A DNA stretch of 64,000 nt from Glycera tridactyla (lineage: Eukaryota), in NCBI GenBank assembly GCA_965644265.1, contig OZ286462.1, positions 22,134,001-22,198,000 on the forward strand, given 5' to 3'. Shown here piece after piece: positions 1 to 13,421 of the stretch. The first letter of the stretch is position 1; each line of letters begins with the position of its first letter. Position numbers and translations under genes: made by a program. The notes under the pieces are model-generated. The model ran no database searches. It saw only the letters and a program-made list of their open reading frames with translations, and was not told where the DNA came from.

Positions 1-800
1 GTGGCTTGGCTGGTTTCATGGTCTATTTTGCTACATGCGTGAGTCGGATGGGGCTATATTCTGGCGCTTTTGTAATGAGTCAAATGATTAGTAATATCGA
101 CACGGCAGGTGCCAATCCCACCTCATTATGGATCATTCTGCGTGTTCTTGATACTATAGTCAAATTCATCCTGTTTGTGTCCGTCCTTTTCCTTGATATG
201 CAATTCATTAATTTTGATGGATGTTATCCACCCATGGTGGATGGTAGAATTGAATGATTTGTTAAGTATCCATATATAGATAATTGCCAATGGAATCAAG
301 TCTGGTTTTCGCAGTGTATTTGTTTACTCATTTCTCAAAGGAATCACTGCTTGTGGAGATATCGGACTAAGCACTGCTGGACCCATACAGCCACAGAAGT
401 CTGCCAATGCTGCATCCACTTTGCTCTCTTTCAATTTGCGACAGAGGAAGCCAACCACCACCAATAGCATTCAGATTCAATCCCCATTCATGCGTCATCC
501 ATTTTTACTATCAACGTACTTTCTTGAATAGTGTAGACATTGGAGGAGTATGATTCGTTTTTGTTGTAAATGCATGAATGCTATCAGCCTCTTACAGGTA
601 ACACAACTTTTCCCGCATCTCTTCTGAGATTCATAGCGTTCACACAAATCTCATCCGAGGACTAAATTGTGAGCACAATACCGAATCGTATGTTCTATCA
701 CAGCTTGCATGACTCTTTGGAATGATTGACCTCTGGCTGCTATAAATTGTTCGTGAATGGTCACTACTTAATGTGCAGATGATATATCATGGAGATATGA
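1..800 (-). mobile_element. Highly degenerate Gypsy-like pol relic
   Basis: Minus-strand translation near 650-760 gives SFQRVMQAVIEHTIRYCAH, resembling the LTR RT motif FQRxMxxVL..YxDD. Bases 1-230 are visibly homologous to 8005-8230. Many stops. Confidence 0.35.
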
Positions 801-1199
801 AGAGATGCTGTTAATTAAATACCGAATATCAGTGTATAAATTGGTCACATTTATTCACAATTTGATTTATGAACAGTCTCTTCCGGCACCCATGTAACAT
901 CCCAGGTGAAAGTTCAAATCAATATCATGGTATTATATTCGTTCATTCTGGGTCTAATCCCTATTTTCGTATCTCGTTCAACGCAGTTGACGCCACAATC
1001 CCCAGGTATGCGAGTAATGCATACCTGATCAATCTAGCAGTACAGGATTCCATAGCACTTCAGTTCTTCATGTTGAGACAATGCTATAGTTCAGTGGCAT
1101 CATGTACCTGAGTAATCATTTAGTCCACTACTTCTTAGTACTACATCTGTCGACGATGAGATGATGCAACATATCTAAAGTAATATGAGATGATGCTAC

Positions 1200-1660
1200 A
1201 ATTTTGAAGCAATATGGATCTGAAAGATCTAGCACTATACTTCTTCGTATTACGGCATTAATTCAAGCGGCGAGGATGCTACAGTTCCATGGAATTATAA
1301 AATTGAGCAGTCAATTACTACATTATTTCACAGTACTATACTTTTCTTGGATGAACCAAAAGTATCTAAACAATCAATTTCTACGATAATCCAGAGTATT
1401 ATATGTATTCACGAAGAGCGGGTGGTACATCGTCCTGTTAAAACATATCTGACCAGTCAATTACTACATTTTTCCATGTTACCCTATTTTTTCGAGCAGA
1501 GTTTACACTTTCTAGGCATAAGGCATCTGAGCAGTTGATAACTTCTCCACTCAATAGCTCTCGATCTCTTCATGCTTGATTGATGCTACAGTTTCCAAAT
1601 GATATCTCCGAGCGATTAATTACTATACTACTTCATAGCACTATATTTCTCTGTGCGGAG
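1200..1660. repeat. Degenerate tandem repeat of about 145 bp
   Basis: The motif (c)agtcaattactacatt..cac/gcactata recurs near 1225, 1305, 1455 and 1615. Confidence 0.35.
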
Positions 1661-3250
1661 TGAATGCTCCACCTCCTGTTCATTGTAGGGGCACCACAAT
1701 ATAGCACATATGGTGCAGCCGTGATGTTCCTTTATACTGAGATGATGTTACACCTCCTGAGTGATATGTATCTGTCCATTTAGATTATACGATAATTCAG
1801 TAGATACTACAGTAATTCATAGTTTTATATAGGGTTGATTGCACAGTTTCAAGGCAATACGTGTCTCATAAAATCGAGCATCACCAGAGAACTGACCGTC
1901 GACTGCTGCCATTGGAAAACACCATAGAAATAAAAGATTACATACACAGACAAGGCTATCCACCCTTGAAATGCGTTTTTTTTTTCATAAAGAAAAAACT
2001 GAAACTGATGACATTGAGATATCGGAAATCAGGCTTTATTCAGGTTGTGTGATTTTCATTTCCATATAAATATACATATGCCTCTACATGAGATGAACCA
2101 CAACAAATATTTATCCTGGTATCAGCGCATGATGTTGTGTGATTTTCATATGCAGCAGCAATGGCAGATATCTCTATAGGGTGTACCATAGATAAGAGAA
2201 AACAGGACAATAAAACTGTAGGAAACGATGTCACATATTGATAGATGGAACTGCGGGATTCACATCCCACACATTCTTTGAACAACACAATTCTCAGTTT
2301 TGCCCCCCCCCCCCCCCCCGACTGTAGGCTTCATGACACATCAGTGACCTTCAGATCATGGACCACTATAGTCGAGATGCTATGACCCTAATTCTACCTC
2401 TGACATTACCAAATGTCAGACACCAGACCCCAGAACGACCCAACTGTTTGGCTGTTACCATAGGGACATCAAATCAGCTTTGACATGACTGCAGTGAACA
2501 GTGTACATGTTCAGACCCGGGAAGGTCACTCAACTGGGAGGAATTGCCATTATACATGATCAATAACAGTGCTGACTACAACCTGTATATTGAAATATTA
2601 CCTGAATAGTGATCTGGATCAGTGCTGTTACAATCAGGGCTACTAGCAAGTGAACCACAAGTAGAGGGATGAGAAACTTTATATTTTCCCTTCCACTACC
2701 GGCTTGGGAATTATGTCAACACCCCAATTTTCCTTCAATTTTCCCAAACTGCCACACATCAGGTCAGCCAGATGGTATACTCCTGTACTGCATACTCTCC
2801 CTTTTTGAAATGGTATCAGCAATGATGTCTTGACTACTTGCTTGGGATATGCACTAGTCTTACAACCGAATTGCATGATATTTCCATATGAAAGAGCCAA
2901 AAAAGTCTCACTTATGTGTGAGATGAATGTGAGATTGTGGAAAATGAGGAAGCCTTGGGATATTTCAACACAAACACACACACTCTCACACATTCACATG
3001 ATCATACATACAAACACATGTCCAATGCCTTCTTGTATCCACTTCCACTGATGTACATTTCAAAATGATCAATCTCCTTTGGATGGATTTCATATATGCC
3101 CCAAATCACATGCACTATTTATCATAATAAACTTGTACCTACACTTCTAATCACTACTACATATAAATGATGTCCATGAAGCTGTCCTGCCTTTTTAAAC
3201 TATCCTTACAATTAGATGGGCAATTTATCATTTTTCAGCATAGGCTAACG

Positions 3251-3554
3251 ATGGAGTCCTGGATATTGTTCATACTCTGGACCCTCCTGGAACCAGGTAG
3301 TGCTGTGGATGATGCAATGATGAGGCAGGTCAGGTATATTCACACTGCATCCACTGATCATGATACATGCACCAGCATGTGTCAAATACATCAATGTACC
3401 CAGCAATCTTGTCTACTCGAATGCAGCAGAATGTGTCAAAGAATGCAGTGTAATGTGTATGGAGTGAAACCAGGGCATTGTGCAATTTGCCCTGGATGTA
3501 TCAGCAACTCATCAGCCCCAGCAGGACAGGAGTCTCTCCAGATCTACAATAAGG
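3251..3554 (+). CDS. C-type lectin gene copy 1, coding exon 1 (signal peptide + 10-Cys domain)
   Basis: Acceptor tttttcag ends at 3238, ATG at 3251, hydrophobic signal MESWILFILWTLLEPGSA, donor AAG G|gtgagt at 3555 (phase 1). Paralogous exons of identical 304-nt length lie at 13118 and 60915. Confidence 0.9.
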
Positions 3555-4670
3555 GTGAGTTTATTCATACATATTTCCTCACTTTGATACACAATTCACC
3601 TCATTAACAAAAAAAAAAGCCCAAATATACTCACATGGATCCCTGAATTGAAGTCATTGTCACTTGACTGGAGAGGACGATAGTTGTAAACTTAGTCAAT
3701 TTGCCAGTATACCTGTGAATAAAGATTTTCCTGTGATAGGATGTGCAAAATGATGGATTAGTCCAGAAATCTTGTGACAATGCGTTTTGGTTGGATTTGG
3801 CTTATTCAGACTGCTCATGTGGTTTCGATGTTGGATGCATAACTTTTCTGGCCAGTTGCTATCCATTTGGATTTGAATCCAAATCACATGATGTACAAAT
3901 AGTGGTCATATACCAATAGTACTCATATACATGTCATGTCGACACCGAACACCTTGAGCATTTGAGCTTTTAGCAGTTCTAAATGTGAATGAGATAGGCT
4001 GAATGCAATCACCATATGAGTTCTTGAAAAAACATGGAGGTGCTCAGAACTGATCGAAGCTGCAGGACGTAGGGTTGAAAGCACATGATGGTCGTTGAAT
4101 TAAATTCGACCATAATAAAAAAAGATGGCAATATACTTTGAATGTTGCTTCTGGGTAACGAAATTTGGCAGGTATTTCTCCTGGTGACCGTATAGATGGG
4201 AACCTGATCGAAGTGGAAGAAATAGGTCGAAATAAGTATTGTCAAATATGTTGAATATTGTCCGATGTCACGAATGTAGCCTTTATGGAGTGAATATCAT
4301 GAATGACAAGCTGATGAACGACAAGTCTCCGATTTTTTTTATCTTCCACATTGTATGATATTGAATGAAGAATGATATATATGCTCAAGACAACAACTAA
4401 AGTTCGTTCATCAGTATCTGGACGTTGCATGGGAAATACATATATAAATTCTAGAAAAATGCATATCATCCAGGAAGCGATTATTCACTAGGATCATTGG
4501 GAAGGGCTGACTGGATACTATCCGTAACAAGCTGCCTCCGCTTCATATACTGTTATGGTAGTAATCAAACACAATCATAGCATCATGCTAACATTTATGC
4601 ATCTATGCCTATCGTCTTTTACACCCTCGATATTGTGTCAATGTTCCTCTTCAGTGTATTTTTCTTTCAG

Positions 4671-4856
4671 TGTGTAATGACCCTTTCATCCAACTGACTG
4701 ATGGCAGTTGTGTGAAGGTGGAGATATCCGAAGAAAGCTGGGTGATTGCGAAGTTATCATGTGAGGGTATTGGTGGACAGCTCATCACACTTGATGATGA
4801 ATGTAAAAGAAATGCTGTGCTCGGCCATATGCAGACCCTGTATCCAGCATATCCAC
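4671..4856 (+). CDS. C-type lectin gene copy 1, exon 2 (N-terminal half of CTLD)
   Basis: Acceptor ttttctttcag|, phase 1 in and out, donor c|gtaaga. Encodes VCNDPF..SCVKV..SWVIAKLSCEGIGGQLITL, typical of a long-form CTLD start. Confidence 0.9.
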
Positions 4857-5029
4857 GTAAGATTAATGCAATCCCGGATTGGTCAGTTGAAAGCATGTAT
4901 GATGTATTGTTCTCCTGAACCTTACCTCATGTATTGTTCTCATGAAATCATTTATATTCCGATGATACTGCTATTAGTGTGTATACAGATTCTCCAGATG
5001 AGATGAGAACAGTCTTGCACTTATAATTT

Positions 5030-5660
5030 ATCGTGTATCATAATGGACGCAGGCAAAGAAGCTCCCGCTTGATATCAGAAAGACAAAGGCTATAATATCT
5101 GGCCTGCAAAGTCAGGTATATCGATTTTGAAACATTTCATCAACATCTTGAAGTGAGTCTGTAGAACACGTTGAACACCTAGGGAACATAATTTATCATA
5201 TATTATATTTTGAAGTACATGACACATCTATCAAATCTGAGGCTGCAGCGAGAATTGGTGTACTGTACAGACTACGCCCTATCATCAGTGGAGAAACTGC
5301 CCTGATGTCATATAAAATGCTTATACCCCCATTGTTCGACTATGGAGATATCACGTTCGACTGCTTTTCTATGCGTGACCGATGTACCTTATGATTCCAT
5401 GCATGACGAATTGCAGACTCAAACTCTGATAGACAAAAGATATGAATAACAATTATCACATGTGAAGGAAAGCCTATCTGGGAACTTCACATCTGAACCC
5501 ATCTGCCAAGTTGAGCAAAAACATCCAGTACAAGGCATATGCTGATAATATAGCGAGTGGAATACTTCCTTTCAGGCAAACAATTCTGCCAGAGAGCTGC
5601 CAGAAACTGCAACATATTTGAAAACATCGGATGTCTCAAGAGATGGAAGTAGAAGTGTTC
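5030..5660 (+). mobile_element. CR1/L2-group LINE 3' ORF2 relic in lectin intron 2
   Basis: IGVLYRLRPIISGETALMSYKML..PLFDYGDI matches IGVLGRLRPVINRDVSLMLYKTLVLPLFDYGDI of the ORF2 at 50512-53529. Frameshifted. Confidence 0.75.
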
Positions 5661-5921
5661 AGAAATTTCTGAAGATTAAATACTCATGATTGGGTCGTTT
5701 CATCATCATGCATCCCTCATCGAATAACTCATATTCACTCTCGCAATATTCGTATTCCATCCATGTATATATATATTTCTTCCGTCGGACTGAAACTCGT
5801 CACTTTTATGTGCCTAATTGTCATTGGGGGATAGGAATAATGTTTGGAAACAAAACAGAAATGTATCAATTCACAGTATTATGTGAGCTGTGTGATCCAG
5901 ATCTATGGGAGCCGGACGCTT

Positions 5922-5959
<38 letters not shown>

Positions 5960-5975
5960 TCTCTCTCTCTCTCCC
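5922..5975. repeat. (CT)n microsatellite
   Basis: Directly visible; further (CT)n runs near 6140-6160 and 6312-6338. Confidence 0.95.
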
Positions 5976-6312
5976 TCATTTTCACTCTCTCTCCTACTGT
6001 CTCTATCTCTTTCTCCTGCAAGCTCCACCATTGTACACTCTGAACAAAAATGACCGGGAACCTCAAAGAATGTCAGACTGCAGGTACTTGCAGTTTCACC
6101 TGAATTCAGAACATCTTTGCTGATTCATCTCCCCCCCCCCCCTCTCTCTCTCTCTCTCTCAATCTCCCTCAGGATATCTGGTCCATAGTTCATGGTTTAT
6201 GGTTCATGGTTCACTCTCTCTTACTCTCACTTTCTCTTGCAAGCATCACTCTTGCACACCCTGGAGAAAAAGGTAGTTCACTAACTCGTTCTCTTGCTCT
6301 CCATTGCTTTCC

Positions 6313-6343
<31 letters not shown>

Positions 6344-6597
6344 TGAGAAATGAAATGAACTTCAAGAAATGTCAGGTAGCTTCAGGTAGCTGAATTCACG
6401 ACATCTTTGCTGGTTCGTGGTAATAAGACAGGCACTCCATGATTATATATGTGGTTAAGCGAGATCTTCTCTCACCAGAAAGATCAGTGACTGTATCACA
6501 TGCATGCTGCACATTGGAAGAAATGGCCAAGATCAGTCAATCATTACAGACTTTTGAGGCCATCAATGAACGACTGCATGTCCTGTTCTCTTTCCAG

Positions 6598-6827
6598 TTT
6601 TCTGGATTGGATTGAATGACATCGAAGTGGAGGATAATTTTCGGTGGCTGGGTTCAGGGTTGAATCCGTCTTGGACAAACTGGTCACCTGGTGAACCCAA
6701 CAACTATGGAGGAGAAGACTGTGTTGTTGTAATAACCCATACTGGAATATGGAGTGACAACAAGTGTGATAGCGCTGGAGTGATACGTCCCTTTGTGTGT
6801 GAGCCAGAGGAATATCATTTTCCATGA
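6598..6827 (+). CDS. C-type lectin gene copy 1, exon 3 (WIGL, EPN, WSD). Spliced CDS 720 nt = 239 aa
   Basis: Acceptor ttctctttccag|, phase 1. Encodes LFWIGLNDIEVEDNFRW..NWSPGEPNNYGGEDCV..WSDNKC..FVCE. Exons of 304+186+230 nt join in frame without stops. Confidence 0.92.
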
Positions 6828-7247
6828 TCGAACATATGACATCCGAAACAGGCTACGTAATCCTATAAGAGGTTACAGCATTAAGGCCCCATTTGATCAG
6901 CTAACACGACCATGCGCACTTCCCTAATTTGCAGAGAGGATAACAAGAAAGGTCTATCCAATATTCATTTGAATCTATTCATACATAGGCAGTATCTTCC
7001 TAGGCCCTAAAATTTAGGGTTGATTTAAATTGATGAGAACTGACACAGTGAGGGAAATATTATCAACCACCTATGCAGCGTGAAATTGTCATGCATATAC
7101 TTCGAGTGTGCTAAGGCTGTTGTTGAAATACATCAGATGCAATGAAATAGAGCTATCTTGATTTGAAATTGGATGAAAATGTGTGATGTGGATGTTCGTT
7201 GCTTTTCGGTAGGTGGACGAGGTTGTCAGCGCAGTGAATTGGCTCTC

Positions 7248-7256
7248 ATTGATTGG

Positions 7257-7289
<33 letters not shown>

Positions 7290-7319
7290 CGATTGATCAA
7301 ACGATTGATTGTTTGATTG
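7248..7319. repeat. (GATT)n microsatellite
   Basis: Directly visible. Confidence 0.95.
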
Positions 7320-7589
7320 GTGTTCCAACCCCCATGATCAGGTATGCCATGTATACCAGCAAGCCCTGTGCTTTGATCAGTCTTCACAAAAAACGTCTTC
7401 AGCCTCTATCCAATCGGGAGTGCAGATTGAGATAATCAATCTTCCGAAAAAAGATTAAATCTCCTGAATGTTTGTGAGCCCAAACAAGGAAAACAACTGA
7501 GACTGGGCACTCTCGAGGGCAAGATATTTGTTTGAATGAGCACCTTATAAAGACGTGAATCCCAAACAATCGGTGTCCTGGGAGTGAAG

Positions 7590-8760
7590 TCCAATCAACC
7601 CATGTTTTGCTCTCCAGAATAACGTATATGCATCTCGTACGGAATAGGGTTTGTTGTCAGTGGAGTCGACATTCTGATGTTCTGTCTCCTCAGTAAATCC
7701 ACTATCCCATCACATAGGTAATTCGGACAATTCCATTGGGAGAGTGAGCTTGGTCTTCCTACTTTCCCGAAATCCAATTCACTCTCCATGGATTTTAAAA
7801 GAGTGGTTGAATTCGAAGACCGTTCGACGATATAGATTGAGTGATCGATGGCATAAAAACCTCCCGTAAAATCCACCCTCTAGTACAAAGCAATGCTTCT
7901 CACGAAGAAAAGTACTTGAAACAAGTGAATGCATCATATTGATCGTGTAATGTAAAAGTTTGGTTGAAATGGATGACGGATTGAATAATTGTTCGGGCGG
8001 ATAGTTTGCAAAGTGGCTTGGCTGGTTTGATAGTAATTTTGCAATATGTATGAGTTGGAGAAGCTATTTTCTGGCACCAATGTAATGAGCCAATGCGGGA
8101 ATTGATTAACAATATTGACACTGCGGGTGCTAATTCCACCTCATCACGTATCATTCTGCATATTATCACCACTACAGTCAATATCACCCCATTTGTGACC
8201 ATCTTTTTCTCTGGATTTTTCTCGACTGAAACAATAGGATGAGAAATTAATGCTCTTAAAACATTGAAACGACTGACTTTCACTCGTTTTCAACAGAGAC
8301 CATCACTGTCAGCAATTTTTCCAGTGAAACCAACGCCTGAATCCTGTATGCCAACACTGGTACTTCTGAGATATGTCCGAATAACAAAGATCACAAGAAA
8401 TGTGGAATCGAAAGTAGGACTGTCATTGAGGCTGACCATTAGAAGTATTCAGAAGCTGGACTGCATTTATGCTAACCACGTTGGATGTATGTAAGGCAGC
8501 ATGATGACATCATAATTGATAGCCACACATCCACCATCACATTGAATGTATCCTCAAACGACGCCGGAGAGTGAGCCACTCGAATGGAATTGGACATAGA
8601 CATGCTGCTCTGTTCATTATATCACTGCCAATGCTTGTCGGATGATCGATAATTACGTATGGATGGTTCACACCATCAATCACCCATATACACGGGGGTT
8701 ACAGTTGATCTCCAATTAGCAACTGGAGGATTGCTCTGATCCTGGGTTTCCAAACGGGAG
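7590..8760 (-). mobile_element. Degenerate, internally deleted Gypsy-like pol relic (RT and integrase traces)
   Basis: FGKVGRPSSLSQWNCPNY..LLRRQNIRMST resembles integrase FARxGxPxxxxSDNGPxF..FLxxxGIxH. SPASFE and GCVAINYDV resemble RT motifs. Homologous to 1-230. Confidence 0.4.
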
Positions 8761-10684
8761 GTAATACTGTAGTAAAGTCTTGTCATCGTTAGTTGATTTA
8801 TACCTTGTTATTGTTTTTACATTGTCATGTGCCTAGCTCTGATTTACTGATTTATTGATTTACTGATTGATTGATTTGTCCATATTAGCATGTGAAAACC
8901 CTGTGAATATTCAGTTAAATTATTGTTGCTGTTGTTCATACATGTTTATTCATGAAGTGTTTGCATGGGCATTTGACATGACCTGTCAAGGTCAAGTGTA
9001 AATAGTTGTACAATCTTATGCAATGAAAATCTTTCTGATTCTGAATCTGATGCTGAGAGGAGTGAGGCTGTAGTGCCTGCTGTGGGCTCAATAATCAGAG
9101 CGTGGTATGTCTCATCCACACTTGTACTCTGCCGATATCGTCACTCCATGATAATACTAGCCCAGACTCACGTCGTCATAGAATAAAAGTGCAATATTTT
9201 ATGCAATATTTTACGAAATTGTTAGGCCATTTGATCCAAAATGTCACACAGGGGAACCATGATTGATATAAGTGACAACTGTCACACTGCTTTTTCTCTA
9301 TATACAAAGACTTGACTTTCTAATTTGGGAAAATGAATTGCGTCATATGCTGTAAATTTGTAACTATGTACATATTTTCTGGTATTTGTATCCGTGTATA
9401 TGTGTGTCGATGAGATCATGTGTTACTTTACTCACCTTTGTAAATGCTTATTGTTGTAGCCGTTTTTCATCCAATGTTATCTTGTTTCTCTTTTCTTTTG
9501 AGATGTTGTATATATGTTCGCATAACCGTGTAACACGCCCCGTGTTGTCCTTATGTAAGCTGTTTCAATCTTATGCAATAAACTTGTTCTTATCTCATCT
9601 AAACTTGTCTTATTTTATGTGCAGTTCATAAGCTGATGATCCCTCTTTTCATGTATACTAACAAACTGCCAGATGAAGTCTCTAACAACCTGCCAGATGA
9701 ATAGGTTTGAGCAGCTACTGTTGATTAGGATGCAGACGACGGGATATTCTTGTTCTTAGATTCCATCCTGGGATTGGAAAAAGTCACCAAAATTTTCATC
9801 TTATTCAGAAGCAGACTATGGAAAGTGCAAGATACGACTATACACATATAGAGACCATGCAGCACCGCTCTCAACCAGTGCATGAAACATCAAATATGGA
9901 GTATTCATCAGCACAGCAACAAAGTAGTGCAATCATCAATGAGTTTTTACCCATGTCTCTTCGCAGCTAGGTGGAGTGAGTCAAGTGGATCCACAAAGAA
10001 AGAAGTGAGGATCACATATTCATTCAATTCAGAATTGAATAATCTGTGCATTCAAGGTTTTGTTTACTTTGAATACAACCATCATTGGTCAGACCTTATG
10101 TTTCTATAGTCATATATCATATGATCCGCTGAATATGAGTTGGGGAAGATAGTCTTGAGCGATAGGGTATGAAGCAGAACGTCTATTGGTTCCCGCAGTA
10201 AATGTATATCTGCAACTCTATTCGTCCTTGTTGTTTCATACGGAAGTGACTTGTTAGGTGCCACAGAGCTGCTTGCTCTTGGTTGAAATATTGGGTTGAA
10301 CAAATCATTTTGAGAATATCAAGGAGTCACCTCGTGGCCAATAAAGCCCAATCACGCACTACTTGTAGCAGATCTCGAGGACATTGAGATGAAAATAGTC
10401 TGTGAAAGTGATACTGTTCAGGGAAACTGAGGACATTCCGGTAAACCTTTCATATCAGTCCTGATAGTTGGAGTTCGAATATTGGAAAAATATCTAGCAT
10501 TATAACACAACCGTTGGCACCAGGAATGTAATAAAATATCGGGTGGTTCAGAAAAAGAGGTTGATCTCAAAGTCTCAAAGGTAGGTCATGGTTTCGGATG
10601 ATTGTTTCTGACCCAAAATGAAAGCTAATCATGATCGACACTTTCCACAAACATGTTCTATGTGTGTTCTAAGAACACCTTGGT

Positions 10685-11230
10685 TGTTTTGTTTGTTTGT
10701 TTGAGGCTTAACGGCATGTATCAACCCACAGGATTATGTATGCCATGTGTTCCTGGTTACTGAAAGCTAGGTGGTCTCTCCCCTGCAGACATCACTCTCA
10801 CAAATCCTGAACACAAGATGATGGGGAACCTGAAAGGTCGTCAAGTGGAAGTAGCTGATGGTTCAGACACACCTCTACCAACTCTACAAAAAAGACATGT
10901 TAAACCTGATGATGGCATATCTAACTGCGTAAGTGGCTGGAAGCTAACACTCAAGCCTGATAGATATGCTTCTTTTTTTATGCAAAGCGCAGTACTTGAA
11001 ACAAGGAAAAGCATTAGGTTTGGAGAATACTCAAACAATGTCTACAATTATGAACTGTCAACTTCAAACCAGCTTTACCATTATAGCTTGCCCCATGCTT
11101 GCAGTACAATGCCATCACACAACCTAGTAAACCTAGTTGCCGCCCTAGTAACCAAGAATTGGTGAGCCTGGTACCCGCATTTTGCAAAGTGACAATATCT
11201 GCTACAGGCAAACCATCAGCCACCTACACC
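10685..11230 (-). mobile_element. 3' end of an I/Nimb-type LINE (CCHC region + microsatellite tail)
   Basis: TRLTNSWLL..LTVH resembles the GHTRLTHSxLL..C..C..LTVxH C-terminus of I-group ORF2. An (aaac)n tail on the minus strand lies at 10685-10703. Confidence 0.45.
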
Positions 11231-11694
11231 TGAGACCATTTCACTGAAGAAATAAGAAATAGCTTAGAGGGATGGGAAAGAGGTCAAGAAGAAGAAATCT
11301 GGTGATAGTGCAATGTTGGTAGAAAATGCCTAAAGATAGATAATAGAAATCGAAGGTATGTTTTCATTCAACCCCCATTCCAAAAGATATTGAGAAGAAG
11401 AGAAGGGATGATGCAACACCTAGGCCACATCATCCCCAATGGCAACACTTCAGAGTAAAAGTCCCGCGCCCATTGGTGGCTGCCATCTAGAGACCCTGGA
11501 CTCTCACCCTACCCACAATACCTTGATTGACTATACCCCATACATAACTCATAGACTAAGTCCCATACATAACTGATGTTGGTAGCCTATTCCGGTATAT
11601 ACTGCACATATGGTACACCATAAAACGGATGCCTGCTACTTTTTTGAAAAACGATCAGAAAAAACTTTCGTGGTGAAAATAGTGTGGATGATGA

Positions 11695-11771
11695 TGGTGG
11701 TGGTGGTGGTGGTGGTGGTGGTGGTGGTGGTGGTGGTGGTGGTGGTGGTGGTGGTGGTGGTGGTGGTGGTG
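11695..11771. repeat. (GGT)n microsatellite
   Basis: About 25 perfect units, directly visible. Confidence 0.97.
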
Positions 11772-13117
11772 ATATTTCATGAGGTGCACCACAAATGAGA
11801 GGGAACAGAGCCAAACAATGACACTATAGAAAACGATGTCAAATGTGGATAGCCTTCAGGAGGCGAATACCCATCAGGCCCTGAAACCCAGGGTTGGGCC
11901 ATGTACCACTATGTGAATCCTTGACATCCTCAACACCAGTCACGTCATTCTTATCGGAATAGGCAAACCCAGGACCAAGCCCAGGACGTCCCAATCGGTC
12001 ACGCTCCGCGATCTGGATACGCTCAAGATGCTACGACCCTATTTGGGAGCCTATCAGGTACCATCAGTAGGACAACTCTGCCTAGAAATAGCATAATTGG
12101 AGAAAACCTTGATTCTACCTCCGACATTAGCAAATGTCAAACACCAGGCCCCTAGAAAATCTGATTAGGTCGTTTGCTGACATTTCCACAGGCTACCGAT
12201 GAGGCGGTCCCACCGAAACTTTTATCATTGGAGTGGTTTGCCTCATCAACTATGGCGAAATATGGGCACTATATGATCAGCCCTGTCCAGCTGTGATGTC
12301 ACAATGTCAAACAACCAACCTGCAGTGATTGTCTGTTACCATAGTGAAACCGCATAAGCCTTGAGAGAACAGGCTGTGAATGTTCAGTTCCGGTGACGCC
12401 ATTTAGCTGGCAGGAAGTGGCAATGCCACATCTACACAATATACGTCACCAATATGGGTCTGGCTACAGCATGCATTGATTTCCATTCGTAACATGTGCA
12501 TATTGACATCTGGCCAGTAATCTGGACCAGTCCTCTTCTAATCAGGACTAATAGCGAGTGAACCTGAAACAAAAGGGTAAGTAAAATCATACTTGTGCTT
12601 TTCACAAGCATTTTCCATATAATGTGAACTACTATTTTTATTTCACACTGCCAAAGATCAAGTCAGCCTGACAATATATCCCTGTACTCAATCCTTTCTC
12701 TTTTCCGAATGGCATCTGCAGAGATGTCTTGACTCCTCGCTTGGGATAGGCACTAGTCCTGCAACCAAATTTCATGATATTCCTATATGAGTGAGCCAGA
12801 AAGATCCGCATTTATGTGTTGGATGAATATTAGATTGTAGAAAATGAGGATGGCTTGAGATATTTCAACACACAAACATACATGTGGACACATGTACACT
12901 GCTTTCAAGTATCCATGTCCACTGATGTATATATAAAAATTCTTTCTATGCATTTCTTGTATGCACCAAATCACATGCACAATCCTCCATAATCAAGTGG
13001 TATCGACATGTATAATTGCTGCTGCAAATCAATGATGACCATGAAGTTGTTCTGTCTTTTCTCATACTATCCTTACAATGACATGGGCAATTTACCATTT
13101 TTCAGCAAAGGCTGACG

Positions 13118-13421
13118 ATGCAGTCCTGGTTGTTGTTCATACTCTGGATCCTCTTGCAACCAGGTAGTGTTGTGAACAATGTAATGGTGAGGCAGGTGAG
13201 GTATATTCACACTGCATCCATCGATAATGAAACATGCACCAGCATGTGTCAGATACATCAATGTACCCAGCAATCTTGTCCACTTGAATGCAGCAGGATG
13301 TGTCGGAGAAGGCAGTGTAACATGTATGGAGTCGCACAGGGGCATTGTGCAATTTGCCCTGGGTGTATCAGCAACTCACTAGCCCCAGCAGGACAGGAGT
13401 CTTTCCAAATCTACAGAAAGG
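13118..13421 (+). CDS. C-type lectin gene copy 2, coding exon 1
   Basis: Paralog of 3251-3554: 304 nt, 10 Cys, donor AAG G|gtgagt at 13422. A possible 5'UTR exon donor aaaagg|gtaagt lies near 12577. Confidence 0.88.

Noticed and set aside
5690-6123. SL/RE dipeptide ORFs (also 41386-41841)
   Set aside because: Produced by (CT)n runs and N gaps.
9700-10620. Possible RNase H relic of an I-group LINE
   Set aside because: Only faint similarity (VADIHLLREPIDVL..IFPNS); not enough to call.
11587-11814. Poly-Pro / poly-Val ORFs
   Set aside because: Produced by the (GGT)n microsatellite.
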